Shown: piece by piece, positions 43,417 through 53,186 of the stretch | How positions within the stretch are numbered: the first letter of the stretch is position 1 | Layout: every line of letters begins with the position of its first letter | DNA from: an uncultured Lentisphaerota bacterium | Lineage (GTDB): Bacteria > Verrucomicrobiota > Kiritimatiellia > RFP12 > UBA1067 | DNA length: 64,000 nucleotides | Direction: 5' to 3' | NCBI GenBank assembly: GCA_900320225.1 | Contig: ONRL01000015.1 | Coordinates: forward strand, 24,383-88,382 | Notes under the pieces: generated by a model | Databases searched by the model: none | What the model saw: only the letters and a program-made list of their open reading frames with translations | Told to the model about the DNA's origin: nothing | Program-made: the position numbers and the translations under genes

Positions 43417-44612
43417 AGCGCGTCGAGGTCCATATCGCCGAAGGCGAGACAAACCGTCGCCTTGGAGCGCTCGAATACGACGAACTTCGCGGCAAGGAGA
43501 TATCGTCGTTTGAACTCGACGGCGACTACATCCTCCATCCGTCCGTGCCGTTTCTCGGTCCGGACATCGGACTGTTCCGCGGCAAGCAGTATCCAACGCT
43601 TTCCTACGGATTTGGAATCTTTCAGGACGCAGCGCCTGATTCGTGGGGACGCAAGATCATCCGCCGCCGCGAGAAACGCGGCAATCTCCGCGAGAGCGAT
43701 TATCTCCTCGGCGTATTCGATCTGACGCGCCTCGGCGCACTTCGTTTCCGGCTTGATGGCGCCGAGGACTTCGTGAACGCGGACGGCGAGAATCCCGCGC
43801 CGCCCTGGACGACGCTGCGAACGCTTGAAGACTCATCCCGTCGGTTCGAGGAGGATGATTCCGACGAAGCGGCGCTTGCCGTCCTGCTCCGCCCGGGCAC
43901 GTCGCTCGGCGGCGCACGGCCGAAGGCGAGCGTGACGGCACCGGACGACAGCCTTTGGATCGCCAAGTTCCCTTCGAAGGAAGACGACTTCGATACGGGC
44001 GCATGGGAATACCTTGTCCATGTTCTTGCCGAGGACGCCGGGCTGCGCGTTCCGGAGGCGAAGGCGCAGAAATTCTCCAAGACCGGCACGACGTTCCTCT
44101 GCCGCCGGTTTGACCGCGACGGCGCGCGGCGCATTCCCTTCGCTTCGGCGATGGCGATGCTCGGCTGTGAAGACAGGCAGGAGGAAGGAAACGGCACGTA
44201 CCTTGACATCGCGGGCTTCCTCATGCAGCATGGCGCGAAGCCGGACGCGGACCTGCCGGAACTCTGGCGGCGCATCGTGTTCTCGCTTCTCGTCTCAAAC
44301 ACGGACGACCATCTGCGCAACCACGGTTTCGTCGCCGAACACGGCAGGTGGCGCCTTTCGCCCGCCTATGACCTCAACGCGAACGCGAAGCGTCCGCAGG
44401 CACTTTCCCTTGAACTGGACGCCGGCGTGCCGATAGAGTCTGTCGACACGCTTCTCGATGCCGCCGAATACTTTCGGTTGAGCAAGACGGAAGCGAACGC
44501 CCAGCTCTCCCGCATCCGCACAGCGGTTGCGAAATGGCGTACGATCGCCGTCCATCTCGGCATCCCTCGTCGCGAGCAGGAGGAGATGTCCGCCTGTTTC
44601 GCAAAATCCTAA
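43413..44612 (+). CDS. hipA: HipA-family Ser/Thr kinase toxin (type II TA)
   Basis: HipA_C motifs FLCRRFDR and VSNTDDHLRNHGF; ~400 aa. Confidence 0.75.
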   Translation: MKRVEVHIAEGETNRRLGALEYDELRGKEISSFELDGDYILHPSVPFLGPDIGLFRGKQYPTLSYGFGIFQDAAPDSWGRKIIRRREKRGNLRESDYLLGVFDLTRLGALRFRLDGAEDFVNADGENPAPPWTTLRTLEDSSRRFEEDDSDEAALAVLLRPGTSLGGARPKASVTAPDDSLWIAKFPSKEDDFDTGAWEYLVHVLAEDAGLRVPEAKAQKFSKTGTTFLCRRFDRDGARRIPFASAMAMLGCEDRQEEGNGTYLDIAGFLMQHGAKPDADLPELWRRIVFSLLVSNTDDHLRNHGFVAEHGRWRLSPAYDLNANAKRPQALSLELDAGVPIESVDTLLDAAEYFRLSKTEANAQLSRIRTAVAKWRTIAVHLGIPRREQEEMSACFAKS

Positions 44613-44624
44613 TTCCCCCGCGCG

Positions 44625-44790
44625 CGGTGGGGCGAGGCGTCCCGCCGAGCCGCCCACCATCACCCCGGGAGGGTCGCGCTCCGTCGCGACCACATGGATC
44701 GCCGCCATCTTGGCGGCGCACCCACCCACCCACCACCCCCCAAAAAACCAACTAACTCACCAACCAACCAACTAACCAACAAATTTCGCG
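44625..44790. repeat. BIME-like cluster (GGCGAGGCGTC palindrome, REP-A, palindrome E) followed by CCCA/CCAA microsatellite
   Basis: ccccgggagggtcgcgctccgtcgcgaccac; gccgccatcttggcggcg; cccacccacccaccacc...ccaaccaaccaactaaccaac. Confidence 0.85.
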
Positions 44791-45058
44791 CTTGTGCGGC
44801 CGAGAATGGTATGATAAACTATCGGCGCTTTCGGGAATTGATGCCCCCGGTGGGGCTATACAGCGAAAGCCGTCCGGACGGGACCCATGTCTGGAGTGCA
44901 TGGGATCCTCTTGGGCCGGGTAGCGAGATCCTCCGCTGAAAAACGCGGACGCCACTTCGGTGGATGGCTGGCAGGGCCGATTCCAAACTGCAGCGGCGGC
45001 GTGTGCCGTCGGTGATGTGCAGGAATACATCCCGCATCGCGGGAGAAAGGAATCGGTT

Positions 45059-46855
45059 ATGAAGTTCAAAGTCTTCATATCAAGCGTGCAGGACGAGTTT
45101 GCGGCCGAGCGTCGCAAGCTCAAGGATTGGCTGGGAAGCGATCCATTCATTTCGCGGTTCGTCGAGAGCGTCTTCTTGTTCGAGGATGTTCCTGCGAAGG
45201 GGCGCTCGCCGGTTGACGTGTATCTTGACGAGGTAAAGGGTTCGGATATCTACATCGGTCTCATCGGCGCGCAATATTACGGAAGGAACAGCGTGAAGCT
45301 GGGTGTGTCAGCTACCGAACGCGAATACGCCGCCGCCGTCTCCGCCGGAGTTGAATGCTGGGTTTATCTTTCCAATGTAGAGAAGCGGGACAAGAAGGCG
45401 GAGGCGCTTGTCAAGAAGGTCGGCTCCGCCGCCACGTGGGCAAAGTATGAAGGATTCCCCGAACTCCGCGACGCGGTCTTTTCAAGTTTCGTCGACTTCC
45501 TCGACAAGCGTCATTTGCTCGTCGTAAGCGACTTCGACATCATGGCCTGTCCGCAGGCCCGGATGGAGGACATCTCGACGGAACGCGTGAGCTGGTATCT
45601 GGAGATGCTGCACAGGCACGGCAAAAAATCGTTGCCGCTGGATGCGTCTCCGCAGAAGCTCTTGAAGCATCTCGGCATGTTGAAGGGCAAGTACCTGACC
45701 AACGCCGGAGTCCTGTTGTTTGGGACTAAGCCGCAGGACTTCTACTACCAGACCACGTTGAAGTGCGCGTGGGTCGAAGGAACGGTCTATACGCGCCCTT
45801 TCCTCGACACGGCAAAGTTCGAAGGCGACCTGTTCGCGCTTCTGGAACAGGGCAGAAACTTCGTGATGTCCCGGATCGCGCACAGTCGCGGACTCCGTAC
45901 GGACGGCCCCATCGCGCCGTCGCTTCCCGAAATCCCGGAGGAGGCCGTTGAGGAGGCAATCGTCAATGCGCTCATCCACCGCAACTGGCATTCAAGCGCG
46001 TCGGTTGAGATTCGCCTATTCGCAGATCGGCTTGAGGTGTGGAGTCCCGGACACCTCCCGCCAGATATCACAATCCCCGAACTCTACAAGGAACACGATT
46101 CCCATCCAGTCAACAAGGAGATCCTCAAGGCATTCGACAAGATCAACGTCATTGAGTCTCTGGGCACCGGCATCGAACGCATGATCGCGGCGTGCCATGC
46201 GTCGGGCTTGCCCACGCCGGTCTTCGAATACCATGGCTCTGCTTTTGTTGTGACGATCCTCAAAGACGCATGGACGCGCACCGCGTTGGAATCACTCGAC
46301 CTCAATCCCGACCAGATAAAGGCGGTCTCGTATGTGAAGGTGAACGGCTGGATTTCCTCATCGCGCTATGCCGAGCTGTACAAGGTTCCGATGCGGACGT
46401 CGAGCCGGGAACTTGGCGAACTGGCGCATAAGGGCGTGTTCGTTCTTGTGGGCAAGGGACGGCAGTCCCGGTACGAGCTGAAATCGAATCGCGCCAGAAT
46501 CGCGCCAATCGCGCCAATGCCTGAACAAGGCTCAAAACCCCAGAAAAACAAGGGGAAATTAACGGCCGATCGTAGTTTGTCACCACAAACTAGTAAAGAA
46601 AGCACCCAAGAAATCGCCCAAGAAACCGCCCAAGAAAACCTGTCGGTGGAGGAATCCAGAATTGTAGCTTACATTAAGGCGAATGCAGCGATTACGCGCA
46701 AGTTGCTATCAGAAAAGCTTGGTATAAGTTCTGACAGTGTTAAACGCCGTCTTGAAGCACTCAAGGCGAAGTTGGGCCTCCATCACGAAGGCCCAACCAA
46801 AAAGGGCCGCTGGGTGTTTGGTACTGAGTCCAAAGGAAAGCGGGGTGCCAAATGA
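45059..46855 (+). CDS. DUF4062 + AlbA_2/Schlafen-like + HATPase_c_4 (RecG-C-terminal-like) + wHTH domain protein, putative defence/regulatory ATP-binding protein
   Basis: MKFKVFISSVQDEFAAERRKLKDWL (DUF4062 N-terminus). LIHRNWHSSASVEIRLFADRLEVWSPGHLP...ESLGTGIERMIAACHASGLPTPVFE (HATPase_c_4 motif). Pro/Gln-rich tail with QEIAQETAQEN repeat. Confidence 0.6.
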   Translation: MKFKVFISSVQDEFAAERRKLKDWLGSDPFISRFVESVFLFEDVPAKGRSPVDVYLDEVKGSDIYIGLIGAQYYGRNSVKLGVSATEREYAAAVSAGVECWVYLSNVEKRDKKAEALVKKVGSAATWAKYEGFPELRDAVFSSFVDFLDKRHLLVVSDFDIMACPQARMEDISTERVSWYLEMLHRHGKKSLPLDASPQKLLKHLGMLKGKYLTNAGVLLFGTKPQDFYYQTTLKCAWVEGTVYTRPFLDTAKFEGDLFALLEQGRNFVMSRIAHSRGLRTDGPIAPSLPEIPEEAVEEAIVNALIHRNWHSSASVEIRLFADRLEVWSPGHLPPDITIPELYKEHDSHPVNKEILKAFDKINVIESLGTGIERMIAACHASGLPTPVFEYHGSAFVVTILKDAWTRTALESLDLNPDQIKAVSYVKVNGWISSSRYAELYKVPMRTSSRELGELAHKGVFVLVGKGRQSRYELKSNRARIAPIAPMPEQGSKPQKNKGKLTADRSLSPQTSKESTQEIAQETAQENLSVEESRIVAYIKANAAITRKLLSEKLGISSDSVKRRLEALKAKLGLHHEGPTKKGRWVFGTESKGKRGAK

Positions 46856-46899
46856 AGCTCCGGCGGTTCACATCTGCCGGCGTGGAGATGGCTCGGCGA

Positions 46900-47170
46900 T
46901 CTACGCGGAGGGGCGAGGCGTCTCGCCGAGCTGCCCGGTAGGGCGGTCGCCCCGCGACCGCCGCCCGGGAGGGCCGCGCTTGTCGCGGTCTTTCGGGGAA
47001 GCGGCACTCATGCCGCTTCACTTGGTCAGGCCCGCTCGCCGAGCGGGCCGCCGCCTAACTGGGAAAGCCGCCATCTTGGCGGCGCACCCACCAACCAACC
47101 AACTAACCAACCACCCACTAACCAACCAACCAACCAACAAACCAACAAACCAACCAACCAACTACTCGCT
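46900..47170. repeat. largest BIME-like cluster (six palindromic units incl. REP-A, REP-B, palindrome E) followed by ~80-nt CCAACC microsatellite; marks the core/defence-island boundary
   Basis: ggcgaggcgtctcgcc; ggcggtcgccccgcgaccgcc; cccgggagggccgcgcttgtcgcggtc; gaagcggcactcatgccgcttc; ggcccgctcgccgagcgggcc; gccgccatcttggcggcg; (ccaacc)n. Confidence 0.85.
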
Positions 47171-47422
47171 TCCCCGCGTGCCGCCGATTTGGTATACTTA
47201 TTTCGCCTCGTTCGGAAGGGTGGGGTAAGATAGCCCAGTGACGAGACCCGCCGCCGGGAGGGCCGACAGGATCGGCCAGCGAATTGCAAACCTTGTCTCT
47301 TGAGAATTTGGACCTTCGATACGCTGACACGTGGCTTGCAAGACGATACCCTTTTAACTTGGGGTGTCGCCTTGCCAGGTAGTTTAGCGGGCTGTCCAAG
47401 GCCTTCAAGAGTGCGTGGCATA

Positions 47423-47466
47423 GGCGCGCCCCTCTAACCAGAACAGAGAGGCGCGCCTTTCTGTTC
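47423..47466 (+). terminator. Rho-independent terminator-like hairpin (GGCGCGCCcCTCT-loop-AGAGaGGCGCGCC + TTTCTGTT); orphan, not associated with an annotated gene
   Basis: GC-rich 13-bp stem followed by T-tract, 570 nt downstream of the nearest + strand CDS and just before GC content drops. Confidence 0.4.
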
Positions 47467-47481
47467 GCAAACGAGAGACGG

Positions 47482-48843
47482 ATGAGCGAGCGGAGGAAAT
47501 GCGATGTTCGACATGACTCCTTGCCATGTGGCAAGGGGCAGGATGTCGTATGCCCTACGCATGTTGCTACTGCTGCCAGGTGTGATAAAAAGCGGATAAG
47601 GTTCATTGACCTCTTTGCGGGATGTGGTGGTTTGTCGGAAGGGTTTATTCAAGCTGGATATACGCCAGTCGCTCATGTGGAAATGAATGAGGCTGCCTGC
47701 TTCACGCTCAAGACCCGGATGGCCTATCATTGGCTGAAGAAGAACGGCAAGCTTGCCGACTATTGCGCTTACTTGAGAGGTGAAATTTCACGGGATGAGT
47801 TCTACAAAAAGATTCCTTCGCAAATTCTTGATTCGGTTATCAACGAAGAGGTTGGCGAAAAGACATTGGAGTCTCTGTTCGAAAAGATTGATGCGGCAAA
47901 GGGGGAGGAGACAATTGATCTGATCGTGGGCGGTCCGCCGTGTCAGGCCTATTCGCTGGTCGGACGGGCGAGGAAGTCTATGGAGGGGAATCCTCGCAAT
48001 TACCTCTTTCGGTATTACATTGAGTTCCTTAAGCACTACAAGCCGAAATGCTTTGTGTTTGAAAATGTCGTTGGTCTTCTATCCGCAGCAGACAAAGACG
48101 GCAACAAGTATCTTGATATGATGATTGACGGCTTCAAGGATGCAGGATACACCACTTCCTACGAGACCATCAATACGAAAACGCTTGGCATCCCACAGGC
48201 GCGTAAGAGGGTCATCATCATCGGCGTTCGCGGGAAGAAGAAGTTCAAGTACCCTAAGATGCGCGGCAGGCCATTCAAGTACACGGTCAATGAGATGTTG
48301 GATGGCTTGCCGGCGTTGCCCGCTGGCGGTATAGCGGAACCTTTTGACATCAAGGTGTCCGGTGATACTAAGGCGGCATTAAAGGCAACAGGTGTTCTGG
48401 ATGAAGCTATTCCGGTGACGCAGCATCAGGTTCGTCCGAACAATGCGAATGATTTGGAAATTTACAAGCGGGTTGTTGAGCTCTGGAACAAGGAGCATAA
48501 GCGACTGAGCTATGACACCTTGCCGGCAAGATTGCAAACCCATACAAACCGCAAGACTTTCAAGGATCGGTTTAAGGTCGTGGCGAGTGATGAGAAGGTC
48601 TGTCACACGGTTGTTGCACACATTCACAAGGACGGTCATTACTATATCCATCCTGACATCGAACAGAATCGTTCGATTTCGGTTCGCGAGGCCGCACGCT
48701 TGCAGACCTTTCCGGACAACTATTATTTCGAGAGCAGTTCGAAACGTCCCGGACGCGCCGCACCCTATCGTCAGATCGGCAACGCCGTTCCGGTGATGTT
48801 TGCGAAGAAGATTGCGGAAGCAATGAGAGGCTTGTTGAAGTGA
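47482..48843 (+). CDS. dcm: DNA (cytosine-5)-methyltransferase
   Basis: motif I FIDLFAGCGG, motif IV GGPPCQAYS, motif VI FVFENVVGL, motif X RQIGNAVPV. Confidence 0.9.
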   Translation: MSERRKCDVRHDSLPCGKGQDVVCPTHVATAARCDKKRIRFIDLFAGCGGLSEGFIQAGYTPVAHVEMNEAACFTLKTRMAYHWLKKNGKLADYCAYLRGEISRDEFYKKIPSQILDSVINEEVGEKTLESLFEKIDAAKGEETIDLIVGGPPCQAYSLVGRARKSMEGNPRNYLFRYYIEFLKHYKPKCFVFENVVGLLSAADKDGNKYLDMMIDGFKDAGYTTSYETINTKTLGIPQARKRVIIIGVRGKKKFKYPKMRGRPFKYTVNEMLDGLPALPAGGIAEPFDIKVSGDTKAALKATGVLDEAIPVTQHQVRPNNANDLEIYKRVVELWNKEHKRLSYDTLPARLQTHTNRKTFKDRFKVVASDEKVCHTVVAHIHKDGHYYIHPDIEQNRSISVREAARLQTFPDNYYFESSSKRPGRAAPYRQIGNAVPVMFAKKIAEAMRGLLK

Positions 48844-50948
48844 AAAAGGAACGGATTGCATTTAAGACGCGTGCAAGATTGCTTTGCCAGCTTGGTGAGC
48901 AACTCATCAAGTCTGAAGACATTGCCTTATTGGAATTGATAAAGAATTCCTATGATGCGGATGCGACATATTGCAATGTGCTGATGGAGAACGTTGCGGA
49001 TCCGAAAAATGGACGCATTGTTATTGATGATGATGGTTGTGGAATGAGCGCAGAACGTATTCGCCATACTTGGTTGGAGATCGGCACGAACTTCAAGGAG
49101 AGCCTTGCGGCGGATGAAGCGACCAAGAGGACTCCGAAGTTCAAGCGGATGCGCCTGGGAGAAAAGGGGATTGGGCGTTTCGGTGTGCATCGACTCGGGC
49201 ATAAAATTGATGTATATAGCAAGTCTGCGGATTCGCGGCTGGAAGCGCATTTGGCTATTGATTGGCGAAGTGCTGAGAAAGCGGAAATGATTGAGGATGT
49301 GCCGGTTTCTCTCACGGAGGATATTCCGCATTATTTCAAGGGAAAGAAAACCGGAACGCTTATCGTCATTACCAATTTGAAGGGTGAATGGACGCGAAAG
49401 ATGGCGCGAGACGTTGCACGGGCTATTGCGACGCTTAATTCTCCATTTGAGGAACAGGGAGAGTTTGTTCCGACGCTGAAGTTCACGGGACAAAGAGGCG
49501 AGGGCAAGTGGATTGACGGCATTGTTACATTCGATGAGATTCGTGCTAAGAGTCTCGGGTCGTTCGAAATTATGCTGAGGGGGAATCGAATTAAGAGCTT
49601 TGAGTATCATTTCACGCCGTGGAAGGTTATGGACAAGCTTCAGCCCCGTATGGTGAAGTGGGACTCGAAACATACCGAAGCGCGTTTGATTACGGAGGAT
49701 GATGAAGAGATCGATTTGTCCGAGATCGGAGAGGTGAGTTTCAAGGGGCTTGTCTTTGATTTGGATACAAAGATCCTGAAGCTTGGAATCCAAGATGTTG
49801 TGGGCTTCAAGGGTTATCTTCAGGCCAATGGTGGTGTCCGAGTTTACCGCGATAATATGCGGGTTCTGAATTACGGAGAGCCGGATGACGATTGGCTCGA
49901 CTTGAATTTTCGGCGCGTGAACCAGCCGACGCGCAAGGTAAGCTCAAATGTAATCATTGCCGCAGTCGGCCTTTCGCGTGAAAGCAGTGGTGCGTTGCGG
50001 GAAAAAGCGAATCGCGAGGGCTTTCTGAAGAACGCAGCATTCATGAAGCTTCGGAATGCCATCTTGTACGCGCTCAGCAAAGTTGAGCTTGAACGCAGCG
50101 TTGATAAAGATAGTATTCGCGCGGCTTATGGGAAGAAGGCTGAGATTAAAAATCGTCATGTGACGATGGATGACTTGCGGGCGGATGTCGAGACTTACGT
50201 CAAGAACAAGGTTGCGCGGAAGAAGATGTTGCAATGTATCGACCGTGTAGAGGATCAGTTTGAGGAATTTGCCGATTCTTTGATCAAGAGTGCAGGGGCG
50301 GGCCTAAACTTGTCGATGGTCATCCATCAAATGGAGAAAATCATCAAGAACGTTAAGGCCATGCTACGCAAACGAGGGCACGAGTCCGATGTGGCAAAGC
50401 AAATCGATTCACTGGCATTGCTGATTGAAGGATACAGCATCCTCATCCGTGAGTCTGATCGCAAGGTGCGCAATCTCGATGAGATTGTTGAACAGTCTGT
50501 GTATAATGTCGGATTTAGGTTGTCTGCGCATAAGATTGATCTCGTGGATGCGTATAAAAAGCGTGGAAAATGTCTGGCCTTGTGTACGGAAAACCATGCC
50601 ATTAACGCAATGCTGAACCTTTTCGACAATTCGATTTGGTGGCTGGGCTATTCGAAAACCGAATCACCGAAGATTTATGTGGATATCGTTGAATCGAAGT
50701 TGTATAAGGATTCGATTGCGATTGTTGTTGCTGATAATGGGCCGGGGTTCTCACGGGATCCGGAGGAGATGATCAAGCCGTTTGTCACTTCCAAACCTAA
50801 TGGCATGGGCATTGGGTTGCATTTGACGAATGAGATAATGTTGTCTTTGGGCGGGAAACTCGATTTTCCTGCAGCGAAGGATGTTGGCGTTCCAAAGGCA
50901 TTTGCCAATGGCGCCATAGTTGCCTTGGTGTTTCCGAAGGAGGCCTAA
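48840..50948 (+). CDS. MORC-like GHKL-superfamily ATPase (HATPase_c_3) large protein, 702 aa
   Basis: Bergerat ATP-binding motifs LELIKNSYDADATYCNV...VIDDDGCGMS...GEKGIGRFG. GTGA overlap with dcm stop, so translationally coupled. C-terminal ~400 aa unassigned. Confidence 0.7.
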   Translation: MKKERIAFKTRARLLCQLGEQLIKSEDIALLELIKNSYDADATYCNVLMENVADPKNGRIVIDDDGCGMSAERIRHTWLEIGTNFKESLAADEATKRTPKFKRMRLGEKGIGRFGVHRLGHKIDVYSKSADSRLEAHLAIDWRSAEKAEMIEDVPVSLTEDIPHYFKGKKTGTLIVITNLKGEWTRKMARDVARAIATLNSPFEEQGEFVPTLKFTGQRGEGKWIDGIVTFDEIRAKSLGSFEIMLRGNRIKSFEYHFTPWKVMDKLQPRMVKWDSKHTEARLITEDDEEIDLSEIGEVSFKGLVFDLDTKILKLGIQDVVGFKGYLQANGGVRVYRDNMRVLNYGEPDDDWLDLNFRRVNQPTRKVSSNVIIAAVGLSRESSGALREKANREGFLKNAAFMKLRNAILYALSKVELERSVDKDSIRAAYGKKAEIKNRHVTMDDLRADVETYVKNKVARKKMLQCIDRVEDQFEEFADSLIKSAGAGLNLSMVIHQMEKIIKNVKAMLRKRGHESDVAKQIDSLALLIEGYSILIRESDRKVRNLDEIVEQSVYNVGFRLSAHKIDLVDAYKKRGKCLALCTENHAINAMLNLFDNSIWWLGYSKTESPKIYVDIVESKLYKDSIAIVVADNGPGFSRDPEEMIKPFVTSKPNGMGIGLHLTNEIMLSLGGKLDFPAAKDVGVPKAFANGAIVALVFPKEA

Positions 50949-50949
50949 G

Positions 50950-52260
50950 ATGGAATTGCCACAGAACGCGCGTGTTGCCATCGTCGATAATGTGTATGGC
51001 GAGGTGGAAGGGCTGATGGAGGCGCTTGCATCAAAAGGAGTGCCTGTTGTTTACTATCAGGGACAGAAGAAATTTCCAAAGCTGCCTTTGTCTGGCATTC
51101 GTTTATTGTTTCTTGATTTAGAGCTAGATGGCCTTGAGGGGCAGTCTGATAAGGCCAAAACGGCGACTGCGGCTGCAAATGCATCCACTTTAATCGCACC
51201 TGGTAATGGCCCGGTTGTGATTGTGCTTTGGACTAAGCACAGCGGTAAAGGTGTCGTGGACCGGTTTCGTGGTTATCTGAAGGGTCATATGACAAATCCT
51301 TACTTTGTTGTGTGCATGGATAAGGCGAGTTGTCAGGACAAGGCTGGTAAGTTTTCTACGGCACGAATCAAACGGAACCTTTCCCTGAAGTTGGCGGGGG
51401 CAAATGTTATTGGACTGCACACGACGTGGGAAAATGCGCTTTTCAAGGGCTCTGTGAAGTTGGCAGATCGTGTAGCTGCCATCGCGTCCGCAGATGAGGA
51501 CTGGCAGATCGTGATCTCACGTATGTTTTATAAGCTTTATAAGGCGAATAGCGAGAAGGTCGAGCTTAAAACGCTGAAAGAACAGTTCTTAAGTGCTTGT
51601 TCATTGTATGGTGCGGGGTTGCTGAATGCGATTAACTTCGAATTGTCTCGTTCTTCGTTGTCTTGCGGCAAGAGGTTTTCCTTGGTGAAGGAGAAACTTG
51701 CCGGAGACAGAGAGGCGAGGTTGAATGGATTGCTGAATGCTTTCCTTTATTACGACAAAGACCGAGCCGATCCCAATGTGCCAGGGACTGTATATGCGGT
51801 TCGTTCTGGTGGTGCGGACATTAAGTGTGGCATTGTGGCAGATTTCTTTGTGGAGAAATCGGCGCAGAAAGTGATTCGGAGCAAGGTCGCAAAAGATGTT
51901 CGTCTCTGTAAGATTGTTGTAACGCCATCTTGTGATTGCTCACAGAAAAAGGAGTTTCGATCTGGAGGTGGAAAAAAGTCGAAAACCTATGACCGAGTCG
52001 TATGGGCGCTGCTGGTGAATCGAGCCATGGGTGCGGAGTACATTGAACGTAAATACCGCAAGACCAGATGCTATTTGCTGGAGGGCTTTGAGTATGACGG
52101 CGGCATGTACGATCTGCTGATTGATCTCGACACATTGGGTTTTGAGGTCCTTGACCTCAAGAAACAAAGTCGCCTGTTTACTCTAACATCGATGGTGCTG
52201 GCCGATGTTCAGTCCAAATTGGCGAATCAGCTGAATCGCATAGGCATTGTATCGGTATGA
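50950..52260 (+). CDS. hypothetical protein with N-terminal receiver-like (CheY-fold-like) region; C-terminal part unassigned
   Basis: ARVAIVDNVYGEVEGLMEALASKGVPVVYY...IRLLFLDLELDG pattern of alternating beta/alpha with an acidic pocket. 1-nt gap to upstream stop; ATGA overlap with downstream start. Confidence 0.45.
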   Translation: MELPQNARVAIVDNVYGEVEGLMEALASKGVPVVYYQGQKKFPKLPLSGIRLLFLDLELDGLEGQSDKAKTATAAANASTLIAPGNGPVVIVLWTKHSGKGVVDRFRGYLKGHMTNPYFVVCMDKASCQDKAGKFSTARIKRNLSLKLAGANVIGLHTTWENALFKGSVKLADRVAAIASADEDWQIVISRMFYKLYKANSEKVELKTLKEQFLSACSLYGAGLLNAINFELSRSSLSCGKRFSLVKEKLAGDREARLNGLLNAFLYYDKDRADPNVPGTVYAVRSGGADIKCGIVADFFVEKSAQKVIRSKVAKDVRLCKIVVTPSCDCSQKKEFRSGGGKKSKTYDRVVWALLVNRAMGAEYIERKYRKTRCYLLEGFEYDGGMYDLLIDLDTLGFEVLDLKKQSRLFTLTSMVLADVQSKLANQLNRIGIVSV

Positions 52261-53132
52261 ATATGCGTTGTTGTCGATACATGAAGTTTGGTTACGCGAA
52301 TGCGTCTTTGAGGGATAACTTCTTCAGAGTTAGCGGTCCGCTGGATTTTAATGATCCATTCGAATGCAGAGGATGCTATATTCATTTTGATGAGGCGTTG
52401 CGAAAGTATGTTCATCAGAACTTTGAGAGATTGAGGTTTGAGTCTATACGTCGAACTAATTCAACGACGCCGGAACTTCAAGCAAGGTTTACGGAAGAGT
52501 TCCTGTTTAAGACATACTTTGATTCAGCATCCCGATCGCTTGACAGTTCTTGGATTAACGCTGTTAATGAAACGGTTTTGATGTTGTGCTTTGTCAAGGA
52601 GCGAGGGTTGAAGCCCACCTCTGACGTTTTGTTCTGGTCGCATTACGCGGATTCTGGCAAGGGTGTCCGTATTGTGTTTGACTTGCCCGAAAGACCACGG
52701 GGGGGCGTTTATTATATGAAGGAAGTTGAGTATTGTGAGAAGGTGCCAGCATTTGACTGTCGGAAGATGGATGCTTGGCTTCAAGGGAAAGAATTTCAGG
52801 ATTATTTGGAGCGTATTTCACATGTGAAGGGGAAGGCTTGGGAATATGAGAATGAAATCCGAATGATTATACCACGGCGCATTCCTGAGCAGATGAAGCG
52901 AGTGCCGTTTGCTCATTTGTGTCCTCGTGAGAAAGACGGGGTAACACATTATTTTGTGCGAATTAATTACGATGCGATTCGGCGCATAGATTTTGGACCG
53001 CATGTTGATTTGAAACAGGCAGTGCGGTTAATTGAAGACCTGAAGCACGAAAAAGGTACTGGGCACATAGCATTCTGGCAAGCAACGTTGGGCTCAGGAT
53101 CATACACGTACATTTATCAGAAAGTGGCATAA
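52257..53132 (+). CDS. DUF2971 family protein
   Basis: N-terminal MKFGYANASLRDNFFRVSGPLDFNDPFE matches the DUF2971 signature (...FNDPFE); overlaps upstream stop (ATGA). Confidence 0.6.
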   Translation: MNMRCCRYMKFGYANASLRDNFFRVSGPLDFNDPFECRGCYIHFDEALRKYVHQNFERLRFESIRRTNSTTPELQARFTEEFLFKTYFDSASRSLDSSWINAVNETVLMLCFVKERGLKPTSDVLFWSHYADSGKGVRIVFDLPERPRGGVYYMKEVEYCEKVPAFDCRKMDAWLQGKEFQDYLERISHVKGKAWEYENEIRMIIPRRIPEQMKRVPFAHLCPREKDGVTHYFVRINYDAIRRIDFGPHVDLKQAVRLIEDLKHEKGTGHIAFWQATLGSGSYTYIYQKVA

Positions 53133-53186
53133 GGAATGATAGGAGAGGTGAATCTGGCTCGTAAGGCTTGACTGTGAGTAGTTGAT

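Noticed and set aside
47170-47470. tmRNA/tRNA/SRP RNA gene at the island junction as integration target
   Set aside because: No T-arm GGTTCGA motif, no acceptor-CCA structure, no SRP domain IV or tmRNA resume-codon signatures; only an orphan terminator-like hairpin is seen.
47026-47606. Minus-strand ORFs translating (GGTTGG)n as WLVGWLVG...
   Set aside because: Pure translation of the CCAACC microsatellite complement; no start context or coding signal.
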